NCBI GenBank assembly: GCA_003695265.1
Contig: RFII01000047.1
Span: 1 to 43,371 of the forward strand
Length of the DNA: 43,371 bases
DNA from: Candidatus Woesearchaeota archaeon
Lineage (GTDB): Archaea; Nanobdellota; Nanobdellia; Woesearchaeales; J072
Direction of reading: 5' to 3'
The translations under genes were made by a program, and so were the position numbers. The notes under the pieces are model-generated. The model was not told where the DNA came from and searched no databases. It saw nothing but the letters and a program-made list of their open reading frames with translations. How positions within the stretch are numbered: the first letter of the stretch is position 1; every line of letters starts with the position of its first letter. Below, piece after piece: positions 1 to 8,309 of this stretch.

Positions 1-461
1 TGTTTTAATAAATCAGATAACACGCTTAGAGGTGTTTTTTCGTTCACGATAGGAGGAGGATCAAACATCACATCATTTACTTTCATATTAGAAGATGATT
101 CCTTTAATATTGAGTTTAAGATTGATTTCTCTGATATCATTCCAACAACTCTTTTGTCATCAAGCACAGGCATCTGAGATATTGCATATTTCTTCATTTT
201 TTGAATGGCTTTCTTTATAGGGTCTTCAGGGCAGACAAACACAACATTTTTAATCATTATTTTTTTTGCAGTAATCTCCTTTGAAGTCCTCAAGCTTTTT
301 AATGTGTTAATAATAGCTGTTGCTTTTGAATAAGTCGGGTCAATGGATCCTGCTTCGATCTTTGCAATCAATGACTGGGACACACCAGCTTGCTTTGCAA
401 GCTCTCCCTGGGTTAAGCCAAGCTTCTTCCTAAGCTTCTTAATCTCATTTATGGTTATCAT
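1..461 (-). CDS. XRE-type HTH + CBS-domain transcriptional regulator (COG3620-like), 3' end runs off the window
   Basis: Not in ORF track. Hand translation from ATG 461: MITINEIKKLRKKLGLTQGELAKQAGVSQSLIAKIEAGSIDPTYSKA (Cro/XRE HTH), followed by CBS repeats (...KKYAISQMPVLDDKRVVGMISE...). Confidence 0.9.
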   Translation of the reverse strand, partial: MITINEIKKLRKKLGLTQGELAKQAGVSQSLIAKIEAGSIDPTYSKATAIINTLKSLRTSKEITAKKIMIKNVVFVCPEDPIKKAIQKMKKYAISQMPVLDDKRVVGMISEKSILNSILKESSSNMKVNDVMFDPPPIVNEKTPLSVLSDLLK

Positions 462-515
462 GGCAGACAATAATTATTAATTGTATTTATTCTTATCGCA
501 TTTATTCCTATTGGA

Positions 516-533
516 ATTTTCTAAGTAGAAAAT
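516..533. promoter_or_regulatory. Inverted repeat ATTTTCTA-AG-TAGAAAAT just upstream of the putative metK TATA box; candidate operator
   Basis: Perfect 8-bp arms with a 2-nt spacer in the divergent HTH-CBS/metK intergenic region; TTATAAA follows at 535-541. Confidence 0.4.
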
Positions 534-596
534 ATTATAAATAGATTTGTTACGACTACACTCTAAAAACACAAATAAAAATTTTATGAGGAAAAA

Positions 597-1760
597 ATGG
601 GAAACGAAACATACTTTATCACGAGTGAAAGCGTTACAGAAGGTCACCCTGACAAGATCTGTGATCAAATAAGTGATGCAATTCTTGATGAGATGTTAAA
701 GCAGGACCAGAATTCAAGAGTGGCTGTTGAGTGCCTGACAACAACTGGGCTTGTTGTTGTTGCTGGGGAAGTTACAACTCAAGGTTATGTTGATATCCAA
801 AAAGTGGTTAGAAGAACATTGAAAGAAATAGGTTATACTGATCCGCGTTTTGGGATTGACTGTGAGGATGCTGGAGTTCTGGTATCAGTGCATGAGCAAA
901 GCCCGGACATTGCCATGGGAGTTGATTCTAGAGATGATAAGGATCAAGGAGCAGGAGACCAGGGAATGATGTACGGCTTTGCGTGTGATGAAACACCAGA
1001 ATTAATGCCTTTGCCAATCGTTTTGGCGCATAAGCTCACTTTGAGGTTGTCTGAGGTTAGAAAAAAGAAGATTCTTGGTTATCTCGGTCCTGATGGCAAG
1101 TCTCAGGTGACTGTTGAGTACTTTAAGAACGGAAAGCCAAAAAGGATTGAAGCAATTGTAATTGCTAACCAGCACACAAAGGATATTTCTATAAGCAGAT
1201 TAAGGAGAGAAATCTTCAGCAAAGTGATTAAGCCTGTGTGCGGAAAACTTATAGACAAAAAAACAAAGATTCACATAAATGCTACTGGAAGATTTGTGAT
1301 TGGCGGTCCAGAAGGGGATTCAGGAGTTACAGGAAGAAAAATAATAGTTGACACCTATGGTGGTGTTGGAAGGGTTGGAGGAGGCTGCTTCTCAGGAAAA
1401 GACCCTTCTAAGGTGGACAGGTCTGCAGCTTATATGGCAAGGTACATTACCAAGAACATCGTTGCAGCCGGATTAGCAAGAAGGTGTGAAGTCCAATTAA
1501 GCTATGCTATAGGAGTTCCAGAGCCAACCTCAGTTTATGTTGATTGTTTTGGAACAAACAAAGTTCCTGAGGACCTTATAATATCTCTTATAAGAAAGCA
1601 TTTCCCACTTAGACCAGCAGCGATAATAAACCATCTTAAACTGAAAAGGCCTATTTACAGGAAAACTGCTGCTTACGGTCATTTCGGAAGAAGAGATCCT
1701 GATTTCACATGGGAAAGAACAGACAAAGCACAGATTCTAAGAAAGGAAGCGGGCTTATGA
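597..1760 (+). CDS. metK: S-adenosylmethionine synthetase, bacterial/eukaryotic type
   Basis: [61 protein letters not shown] motifs. Confidence 0.97.
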   Translation: MGNETYFITSESVTEGHPDKICDQISDAILDEMLKQDQNSRVAVECLTTTGLVVVAGEVTTQGYVDIQKVVRRTLKEIGYTDPRFGIDCEDAGVLVSVHEQSPDIAMGVDSRDDKDQGAGDQGMMYGFACDETPELMPLPIVLAHKLTLRLSEVRKKKILGYLGPDGKSQVTVEYFKNGKPKRIEAIVIANQHTKDISISRLRREIFSKVIKPVCGKLIDKKTKIHINATGRFVIGGPEGDSGVTGRKIIVDTYGGVGRVGGGCFSGKDPSKVDRSAAYMARYITKNIVAAGLARRCEVQLSYAIGVPEPTSVYVDCFGTNKVPEDLIISLIRKHFPLRPAAIINHLKLKRPIYRKTAAYGHFGRRDPDFTWERTDKAQILRKEAGL

Positions 1761-1796
1761 CAAAGTTTTTATAATCTCTTTTTCTGCTTTTCTCTT

Positions 1797-3077
1797 ATGA
1801 ATGTATGCATAAAGACTTACGGCTGCTCATTGAACCAATCGGATTCAGAGGCGATTGCAGGATTATTGGTGGAGTCAGGCCACTGCATTGTTGAGGAGGA
1901 GAATGCGGATGTGTTTATAGTCAATACCTGCATGGTTAAGGGTCCTACAGAGACAAAGGTTTTGCGCGAGATTAAGCGGTTAGACAGGCTTAAAAAAAGC
2001 ATTGTTGTTGCTGGCTGCCTGCCGCAATCAAAGCACGGCCAGGAAAAGCTTAAGAAATTCAGCATTGTTGGACCCAGCCAGATAGGAAGAATCATTGAGG
2101 CTGCAGAAAAGACGCTAAATGGGGGAAAAGTAACTTTCATTGATGAAAGCCAGGACACTGAGCGCGTAAAATACCCTGTCATCAGCAAGAACAAGGTAAT
2201 CAGTATAATACCTATAAATAGTGGTTGTTTGGGAGCGTGTAGTTTTTGCATTGCAAAAAAAGCAAGAGGAAACCTTGTTTCTTATCAGAAAAAGGACATA
2301 ATCAGCCAGATAAAGAAATCTGTTTTTTATGGCGCAAGAGAAATATGGCTTACCTCCCCGGATACTGCTGTTTACGGCAAGGACATCGGAACAAATATTG
2401 TCGAATTGCTTGAGGAAGTGACTGGTTTAAGGGGTGGTTTTAAAGTAAGGCTTGGAATGGGAAACCCTGATTACATCCTAAAAAACTTAAAGGGTTTAAT
2501 CAATGTTTTTAAGCATGAGAAAATGTTCAAGTTCTTGCATGTGCCAGTACAGTCAGGAAATGATAAGGTTTTAAGAGAAATGCTTAGGCCTTACTCTGTT
2601 TCTGACTTCAAAAAAATTGTTAATTTATTTAGGAAAGAGATCCCTAACATAACAATAAGCACAGACATTATCTGTGGCTTTCCGACAGAAACAGAAGAGC
2701 AATTCAATGACTCCTTGGCACTTGTAAAGGAGATTAAGCCTGATGTTCTCAACATATCCCGATTTTGGCCAAGACCGAACACAAGGGCAGCTGAGCTAAA
2801 TCAGCTTCCCGGCTCTGTAACAAAAGAAAGGTCTCGCAGGCTCTCAAAGCTTTTTGAAGATATATCTCTTGAGAAAAACAAAAAATGGGTTGGTTGGCAG
2901 GGTAACATAATAATTGATGAGCTCGGGAAGAATAACACATTTATTGGCAGAAATTTTGCTTACAAACAGGTTGTTATAAAAGGAAACTTTAATCTTGGTG
3001 ATGAAATAAGTGTGAAAATAACTGATGCAACAAAGAATGATTTGCGCGCAATTATGCTAGATAACCTAATCCTTTAG
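1797..3077 (+). CDS. mtaB: tRNA-t6A37 methylthiotransferase (archaeal MtaB/CDKAL1-like radical SAM enzyme)
   Basis: N-terminal UPF0004 cysteines (TYGCSLN, NTCMVK, AGCLPQ), radical SAM motif CLGACSFC, C-terminal TRAM-like domain. Confidence 0.88.
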   Translation: MNVCIKTYGCSLNQSDSEAIAGLLVESGHCIVEEENADVFIVNTCMVKGPTETKVLREIKRLDRLKKSIVVAGCLPQSKHGQEKLKKFSIVGPSQIGRIIEAAEKTLNGGKVTFIDESQDTERVKYPVISKNKVISIIPINSGCLGACSFCIAKKARGNLVSYQKKDIISQIKKSVFYGAREIWLTSPDTAVYGKDIGTNIVELLEEVTGLRGGFKVRLGMGNPDYILKNLKGLINVFKHEKMFKFLHVPVQSGNDKVLREMLRPYSVSDFKKIVNLFRKEIPNITISTDIICGFPTETEEQFNDSLALVKEIKPDVLNISRFWPRPNTRAAELNQLPGSVTKERSRRLSKLFEDISLEKNKKWVGWQGNIIIDELGKNNTFIGRNFAYKQVVIKGNFNLGDEISVKITDATKNDLRAIMLDNLIL

Positions 3078-3144
3078 CTGTTAAATAAATCAGATAAGCA
3101 GCTATTCCAAGGATTATCACCCAGATTACAGCTTTGAAGCCCAT
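3052..3144 (-). CDS. 30-aa single-pass membrane micro-protein
   Basis: Hand translation MGFKAVIWVIILGIAAYLIYLTAKGLGYLA; upstream AAAAACTTAAATAC BRE/TATA-like element about 25-30 nt before the ATG. Confidence 0.55.
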   Translation of the reverse strand: MGFKAVIWVIILGIAAYLIYLTAKGLGYLA

Positions 3145-3183
3145 AATTCTTATTATTTAAGAATAAGTATTTAAGTTTTTGTT

Positions 3184-4101
3184 TTAGAAATACTCTTTTT
3201 CAATCTTTTCTGCTACAAAGCCATAAACCCTTTGCCTTGACTCCCCGCTTATGCTTGGCAAAAGAACAATACCACCTGAGCCGTGCTCTCTCCCACCGCC
3301 GTTGAATATTCTTCCAAGCCTTGGAAGGTCAAGTTTTGTGTCTGACTGTTTTTTGAAGATTATTTCTCCTGTCTCAAAAACAGTTGCTGCGAGATCAGCT
3401 TCAGGAAACTCGCTCAAGAGGTAATCTGCTCCTGCTTTCATGTAAAACAGCTTGTCTGCTATGCTGATGACCATTTTTATACCATTTATCCTTATTAATT
3501 CCGCGTTCTTTATCATTCTTTCTTTTGCAGGTCCTTCTTTTTCCTTGTATTTGGCCACTGCCTCTCTCAATGTTTTTGTTCTTAAGTTTCCTGATGCGAT
3601 TTCCCTTATTATTTGCATTCTTTTATAATTTGCTTGCACTGCATTCTCAAGAAGTATTACGTCTGGGTTTTTCTCACCAAAGTCTGATTGGTGTGCGAGC
3701 TGAGAAAGTGTTATAGCATATTCATCTCTGGGAAGAAATCTTTCTTGAACTAATTCTGTGGTGCACTTTCTTGGGTTTAATGTGAGCTCAATAAATCTTT
3801 CTAAAGACCTGTCAGAATGAGACCAGTCATGGTGGTCAAACCATTCAACACTTATTTCTTTCTCTTTAAGTTTTCTAAACTCTGGCTCCAGCGCGTTTAA
3901 TGTTGCGTTGTAGCCAGTGTCCCCTATTATTAACCTACCTTCTTCAACTCTAAGATTTCTCACAACATCAACTATATTTGCATAGGTTATCTCAACGTTT
4001 TCTACTCTTGGACCTCCAAGCAAGTGGGTTCTTCTCATAACAGCATGGCTGAGCAAGCCGTCCAAATCGTCTGTGTGTGCCAAATAAGTGATGCTCTTCA
4101 T
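3184..4101 (-). CDS. DHH/DHHA1-family phosphoesterase (NrnB/RecJ-like)
   Basis: HTDDLDG, IGD and WFDHHDW motifs and C-terminal GGGRxxGSGG; start reassigned to ATG 4101 (MKSITYL). Confidence 0.8.
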   Translation of the reverse strand: MKSITYLAHTDDLDGLLSHAVMRRTHLLGGPRVENVEITYANIVDVVRNLRVEEGRLIIGDTGYNATLNALEPEFRKLKEKEISVEWFDHHDWSHSDRSLERFIELTLNPRKCTTELVQERFLPRDEYAITLSQLAHQSDFGEKNPDVILLENAVQANYKRMQIIREIASGNLRTKTLREAVAKYKEKEGPAKERMIKNAELIRINGIKMVISIADKLFYMKAGADYLLSEFPEADLAATVFETGEIIFKKQSDTKLDLPRLGRIFNGGGREHGSGGIVLLPSISGESRQRVYGFVAEKIEKEYF

Positions 4102-4186
4102 TATCAACCAGTTGATTTTTTTTAACTTTATAAAACTTACTATTACATAACCACTATTAAGTAATATCAATTTTAAGTAATATTAA

Positions 4187-5182
4187 TTACAGTTTTTTTG
4201 CATATTCATAAGAAAGTCTGAAATACTTTATCATCTCATTATTGATGCTTCTTAACTCTTCTGGGTCTGTGTTTGGGTCATTAATCCTAAAATAATTGAT
4301 TTTAGCCCTTACAAAAGCCCTGTAACACTTATAAAAATCAATTAATGACCTCAACTCTTCGTCATTGCTGAAATGTATGTAATAATCAACAAATCTTCTT
4401 GAGAGTTCTTCAAAGCTCAAATAGTCTAAGTCCATTGCCAGAAAAGCAACGTCAGATGCAGTGTCAGAGTAAGCAAATCTTCTGTTGAATTCTATGCAGT
4501 CAACTATATGAATTTTATCAGTTATGAATATGTTTGACGCGTGCAGATCACCATGGCACCTTTTTATTCTGCCTTCGCGAACACGCTTTTCAAACAAATC
4601 TTTCTTATCTTTGATAAACTTGTTGACAGCCTTTCTTATTTCTAAAATTTTATCTTTGCTGTATAAATGCTGGTCTTTTACCTGCTCAAAGTTTTCATCC
4701 CAGTTTTTTCTGATAACACTAAGCGATCCATAAACATCAGTGTCTTTTGATGAGCTAAGCTTTGAATGGAATTCTGCTATTATCCTTGCAATATCCTTTA
4801 TTTGTTTCTCAGAAACTTCATTGTTTAACAAGAGATTCCTCATAATTCTTTCTTGTGGAAGTTCAAGCATTTTCACAGCGTAGTCTATTATTTTGCCTTT
4901 CCCACTTATCCTTAAGTCAGATGTTATTGGAACAACACCTAGGTATATCTCTGGTGCAAGCCTCTTGTTCAGTGCAACTTCTTGCCGGCAGAAATGCTTC
5001 CTCTTATCAAGTGTTGTGAAATCAAGAAATCCAAAGTTCACAGGCTTCTTTACTTTGTAAACATATTTTCCTGTCAGAAAAACGCAGGATATCGCTGTTT
5101 GAACAAGCTTTATCTGTTTTGGCTTCTCAGGGTAAGAATTGGGTTTCATCAAGGCGTTAATTATCCTTTTGGTATGCTCCAT
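4187..5182 (-). CDS. APH/kinase-like phosphotransferase (COG2187-type N-terminal domain)
   Basis: VYKVKKPVNFGFLDF, E..LN.RLAP..YLGV, CHGDLHASNI and DCIEFN motifs. Confidence 0.8.
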   Translation of the reverse strand: MEHTKRIINALMKPNSYPEKPKQIKLVQTAISCVFLTGKYVYKVKKPVNFGFLDFTTLDKRKHFCRQEVALNKRLAPEIYLGVVPITSDLRISGKGKIIDYAVKMLELPQERIMRNLLLNNEVSEKQIKDIARIIAEFHSKLSSSKDTDVYGSLSVIRKNWDENFEQVKDQHLYSKDKILEIRKAVNKFIKDKKDLFEKRVREGRIKRCHGDLHASNIFITDKIHIVDCIEFNRRFAYSDTASDVAFLAMDLDYLSFEELSRRFVDYYIHFSNDEELRSLIDFYKCYRAFVRAKINYFRINDPNTDPEELRSINNEMIKYFRLSYEYAKKL

Positions 5183-5188
5183 TTGTTC

Positions 5189-5707
5189 TTACAGCTTTAT
5201 CTTTTTTGCTTTCTCAGAAATAATAGCGCTGTTGCCTGTTGGGTCCTCAAGGATGAGCTTTGCCTTTTCTTGCCCCCATATGATTCTCGTAATTTTCTTA
5301 AGGAGATTCTTTGCTTTCTTCTTTTCAGACTTTTCTTCTGCGTCATCCCTTATCGTTTCTATTTGCTCTTTTATTCTCTGGAATATGCCTTCAACATTAG
5401 TAACGTAACCGTCTGCAGATGGGCCTGGAGAAATAGTTCCAACATGAGGTATCTTAACAGTTGCTTCGCTTGACTTAACAACCCTTATTTTCATGTCATC
5501 TTCTTTGCTTATTTCTAGTTCATACTTGCACGGCTCTTGTTCTTCTGCCGGCTCAACGTCAGCCTTGTGGTAACCGCATTCTGAGCAGTTCATTGAGAAC
5601 AAGAAAACCTTTCCAAAGTAAGGAATCTCCATCTCTTTTTCTGCGAGAGTTAGCTTTGGTTTCTTGCACATCGGGCATTGCTGCCCTTCAATCTTCTCTT
5701 CCGCCAT
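5189..5707 (-). CDS. ZPR1-type zinc finger protein
   Basis: CPMC...IPYFG...CSECGY..DV, IRVVKS, TNVEG and EDPTGNS motifs. Confidence 0.92.
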   Translation of the reverse strand: MAEEKIEGQQCPMCKKPKLTLAEKEMEIPYFGKVFLFSMNCSECGYHKADVEPAEEQEPCKYELEISKEDDMKIRVVKSSEATVKIPHVGTISPGPSADGYVTNVEGIFQRIKEQIETIRDDAEEKSEKKKAKNLLKKITRIIWGQEKAKLILEDPTGNSAIISEKAKKIKL

Positions 5708-5719
5708 AATAAAAAAATT

Positions 5720-5735
5720 AATTGAGCGCTCAATT
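5720..5735. promoter_or_regulatory. Perfect 16-bp palindrome AATTGAGCGCTCAATT between TATA box and start of the ZPR1 gene; candidate operator
   Basis: Read directly; adjoins the minus-strand TATATAAA at about 5734-5741 and ends 12 nt before ATG 5707. Confidence 0.55.
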
Positions 5736-5771
5736 TATATATTTTTTGGTAGTAGAAAATAGATGAAAGAC

Positions 5772-6182
5772 TTACTCTTCATCAATCTTTTTTGTCTGCT
5801 TAGTCCTGTATATTTCTGCAAATGCAGGCACTATTACAATGTAATCCTCGCCGAAGCCCGCTATGTCTCCCTCAATAGCATCACAAGTCTTTTTGAGCTT
5901 GTTTATTGCGCGCTTTAATTCAACCAAGTCCTTGTCCTTAAGAGGTTTTATGTTGACCAACGCGACAGTATAACCTTCCCTCAAAGAATCTAAGATTGGT
6001 TTTACATCAGAAAAATCCTCAAGCGTGAAAGGCCTCACAACAATCTTTGCTGCTTCGTGTTCTCCAACTTCTTCTGTGTTCAGCTCAACGTATTCTTCTT
6101 CGCCTTTTTCTGTAGGCTCTTCTCTCATTGTTCCTTGAAGTTTGCTGGATATTTTTGAGAATAACTTTTTCATTTTGCTCAC
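5772..6182 (-). CDS. sepF: Cell division protein SepF
   Basis: Amphipathic N-terminus (MKKLFSKISS), EEEYVEL linker, C-terminal SepF domain (LREGYTVALVNIKPL...GDIAGFGEDYIVIVP). Confidence 0.85.
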   Translation of the reverse strand: MSKMKKLFSKISSKLQGTMREEPTEKGEEEYVELNTEEVGEHEAAKIVVRPFTLEDFSDVKPILDSLREGYTVALVNIKPLKDKDLVELKRAINKLKKTCDAIEGDIAGFGEDYIVIVPAFAEIYRTKQTKKIDEE

Positions 6183-6220
6183 ACAATTCTTAGTTATTCA
6201 CATCTATTTAAATGTTACGG

Positions 6221-7189
6221 TTACTTTCCAAGTTTCTTCTTGAAGTCTTCAATAACACTTACAGGTACGGGATCAACTTTGTTCTTCAGAGCTAAATAAT
6301 AAGAACACCAGTCTCCTATGTAAATTGCTGACAGTAGCTTTGTTATATGGGAGCTTCCTTTCAACGCTATTTCAGTAACATCAACGCCGCAGTCTTCAAT
6401 TATTTTCTTAGTAAGCCTAATTCGTTTTAGCATGCGCTCATCATCATTGTTGTCTTTTAATATTATAATATGATACTTTCCATTTAGTTTTGTAAAGCCC
6501 ACTATTTCATTATGGTTAAGTTCTGAAAAGCAGTTTGCGAACGCATGAATCTTTGAATTCTCATTGAACTGGGTTTTCCACCTCAACGCAGCTGCGAAAA
6601 GGTGGTTTGAAGAATAAATGATTGGTATTTTTTTGTGGATTGTTTCTGCCAAGCTTTCCCCCATTTCCCTGAACACAGGCTTTTTTAGTGTTCTTATCAC
6701 ATGGTCCCAGTCAGTTCTTGGTGCTATTCCTGTGTTCTCAAGAATCTTTGCAGTGCTTGTGAACAAATATCCTAATGCTGCTCTTGGCTGGAATCCAGAA
6801 GGAATCTTTATCAGCTCAGTGTTATTTATATTGCTTAACGTCTCAAGCTTCCCTCCAGAGGTTATTGCAATAATAACACAGGATTTTCTTACTGCTTCTC
6901 TATAAGCGCTTATTGTCTCTTCTGTGTTTCCCGAGTAGGAGATTGCAAAAACCAACGTGTTTTTGTCAGCAAAAGCAGGCAAATGATAACTTCTGTTTGT
7001 GAAGACAGGCACCGGAACTTTTTTTAAGAAAGCAGCTAAGACATCGCCTGGGATTGCGCTGCCGCCCATTCCAGTAATTATTATCTTATTAACTTTTTTT
7101 GTTATACTTCTTTTTCCAATAATCTCAATAGCTTTTTTGATCTGCTCTGGAAAGCTTTCTATAACCCTATAATATTCTGTGTCAGACAT
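6221..7189 (-). CDS. Bifunctional phosphoglucose/phosphomannose isomerase
   Basis: SIS motifs GMGGS, SYSGNTEET, QPRAA, RWKTQFNENSK, ELNHNEI. Confidence 0.93.
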   Translation of the reverse strand: MSDTEYYRVIESFPEQIKKAIEIIGKRSITKKVNKIIITGMGGSAIPGDVLAAFLKKVPVPVFTNRSYHLPAFADKNTLVFAISYSGNTEETISAYREAVRKSCVIIAITSGGKLETLSNINNTELIKIPSGFQPRAALGYLFTSTAKILENTGIAPRTDWDHVIRTLKKPVFREMGESLAETIHKKIPIIYSSNHLFAAALRWKTQFNENSKIHAFANCFSELNHNEIVGFTKLNGKYHIIILKDNNDDERMLKRIRLTKKIIEDCGVDVTEIALKGSSHITKLLSAIYIGDWCSYYLALKNKVDPVPVSVIEDFKKKLGK

Positions 7190-7251
7190 CTTTTTTTGTG
7201 AAGTTAGATAGGTTTAAATATTTTATGCAAAAGAACAACTGCCTTCTACTC

Positions 7252-7371
7252 TCATTTTTTCTTTGTTTTTCGCTTTTTAACGAAGTCCCTGAAGTTCTTT
7301 TTCTTCTTTGACAGTATAAACTCTTTTATAAGATCTGCTCCCTTAAGCTTTGTTCTCGGCTCTTTTGCCAT
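7252..7371 (-). CDS. 39-aa very basic micro-protein
   Basis: Hand translation MAKEPRTKLKGADLIKEFILSKKKKNFRDFVKKRKTKKK; upstream AAAAGCTTAAATAC BRE/TATA-like element. Confidence 0.55.
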   Translation of the reverse strand: MAKEPRTKLKGADLIKEFILSKKKKNFRDFVKKRKTKKK

Positions 7372-7472
7372 AATCTTATATTAAATATGGTTTTGAGTAT
7401 TTAAGCTTTTTGATAATCATACTTCATCATACAATCATAAATTATTTATATTACTTGCAATTTTGGGATTTT

Positions 7473-8309
7473 ATGAAAGAAAGAGTAACCTTAACAATAG
7501 AAAAATCGTTGTTGGACAGGGTGGACAAAAGGATTGACAGGCACAGAATAAAAAACAGGAGTCATGCAGTGGAGCTCTTGCTCTCAAAAGCTCTTTCTGA
7601 AAACTCCCCTGGAAAAGCAGTGATTCTTGCAGGCGGTCAAGGGACTAGGCTGAGGCCTATAACTTACGAAATCCCAAAGGCTTTGATACCTATACAAGGA
7701 AAAACTATGACAGAGCACCTCTTTGACTTGTTTAAAAAGTATGGTGTCAGAGACATTTATCTTTCTGTTGGCTACTTAAAAGATAAGATTATCCAGGCTT
7801 ATGGTGATGGCTCAAGGTTTGGTATTAGCATAAGATACATAAAAGAGGAAGAAGCTTTAGGGACTGCCGGACCGTTGAAATTGGTGAAGGATGAGCTAAG
7901 CTCAACATTTTTTGTGTCAAACGGTGATGAACTAAAGAATATTAATCTGGAGGAAATGTGGGAATTCCACAAAAAGAATAAGGCACTTGCAACAATAGCA
8001 CTTACCACAGTAGAGGATCCGAGCGCCTACGGAGTTGCCCGGTTAAACGGCTCAAAAATAATGGAATTCGTTGAGAAGCCAAAAAAAAGCGAGGCACCTT
8101 CAAACCTCATAAACGCCGGCTTGTATTTGTTCGAGCCAGAAGTAATTGGCATGGTTAAGGATGGTTTCTGCATGCTCGAAAAAGATGTTTTTCCAAAATT
8201 AGCCAGAAAAGGACAATTGTTTGGTTATCCTTTCTCAGGACAGTGGTTTGACACGGGCAATAATGACCGCTATGCCAGAGCAATAAGAGAATGGAAGGGA
8301 ATAAAATGA
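7473..8309 (+). CDS. Ribbon-helix-helix domain fused to sugar-1-phosphate nucleotidyltransferase (mannose-1-P guanylyltransferase-like)
   Basis: N-terminus MKERVTLTIEKSLLDRVD...NRSHAVELLL (CopG/NikR-like RHH), then ILAGGQGTRLRPIT..PK, LGTAG, NGD, EKP, INAGLY, WFDTG. Confidence 0.88.
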   Translation: MKERVTLTIEKSLLDRVDKRIDRHRIKNRSHAVELLLSKALSENSPGKAVILAGGQGTRLRPITYEIPKALIPIQGKTMTEHLFDLFKKYGVRDIYLSVGYLKDKIIQAYGDGSRFGISIRYIKEEEALGTAGPLKLVKDELSSTFFVSNGDELKNINLEEMWEFHKKNKALATIALTTVEDPSAYGVARLNGSKIMEFVEKPKKSEAPSNLINAGLYLFEPEVIGMVKDGFCMLEKDVFPKLARKGQLFGYPFSGQWFDTGNNDRYARAIREWKGIK

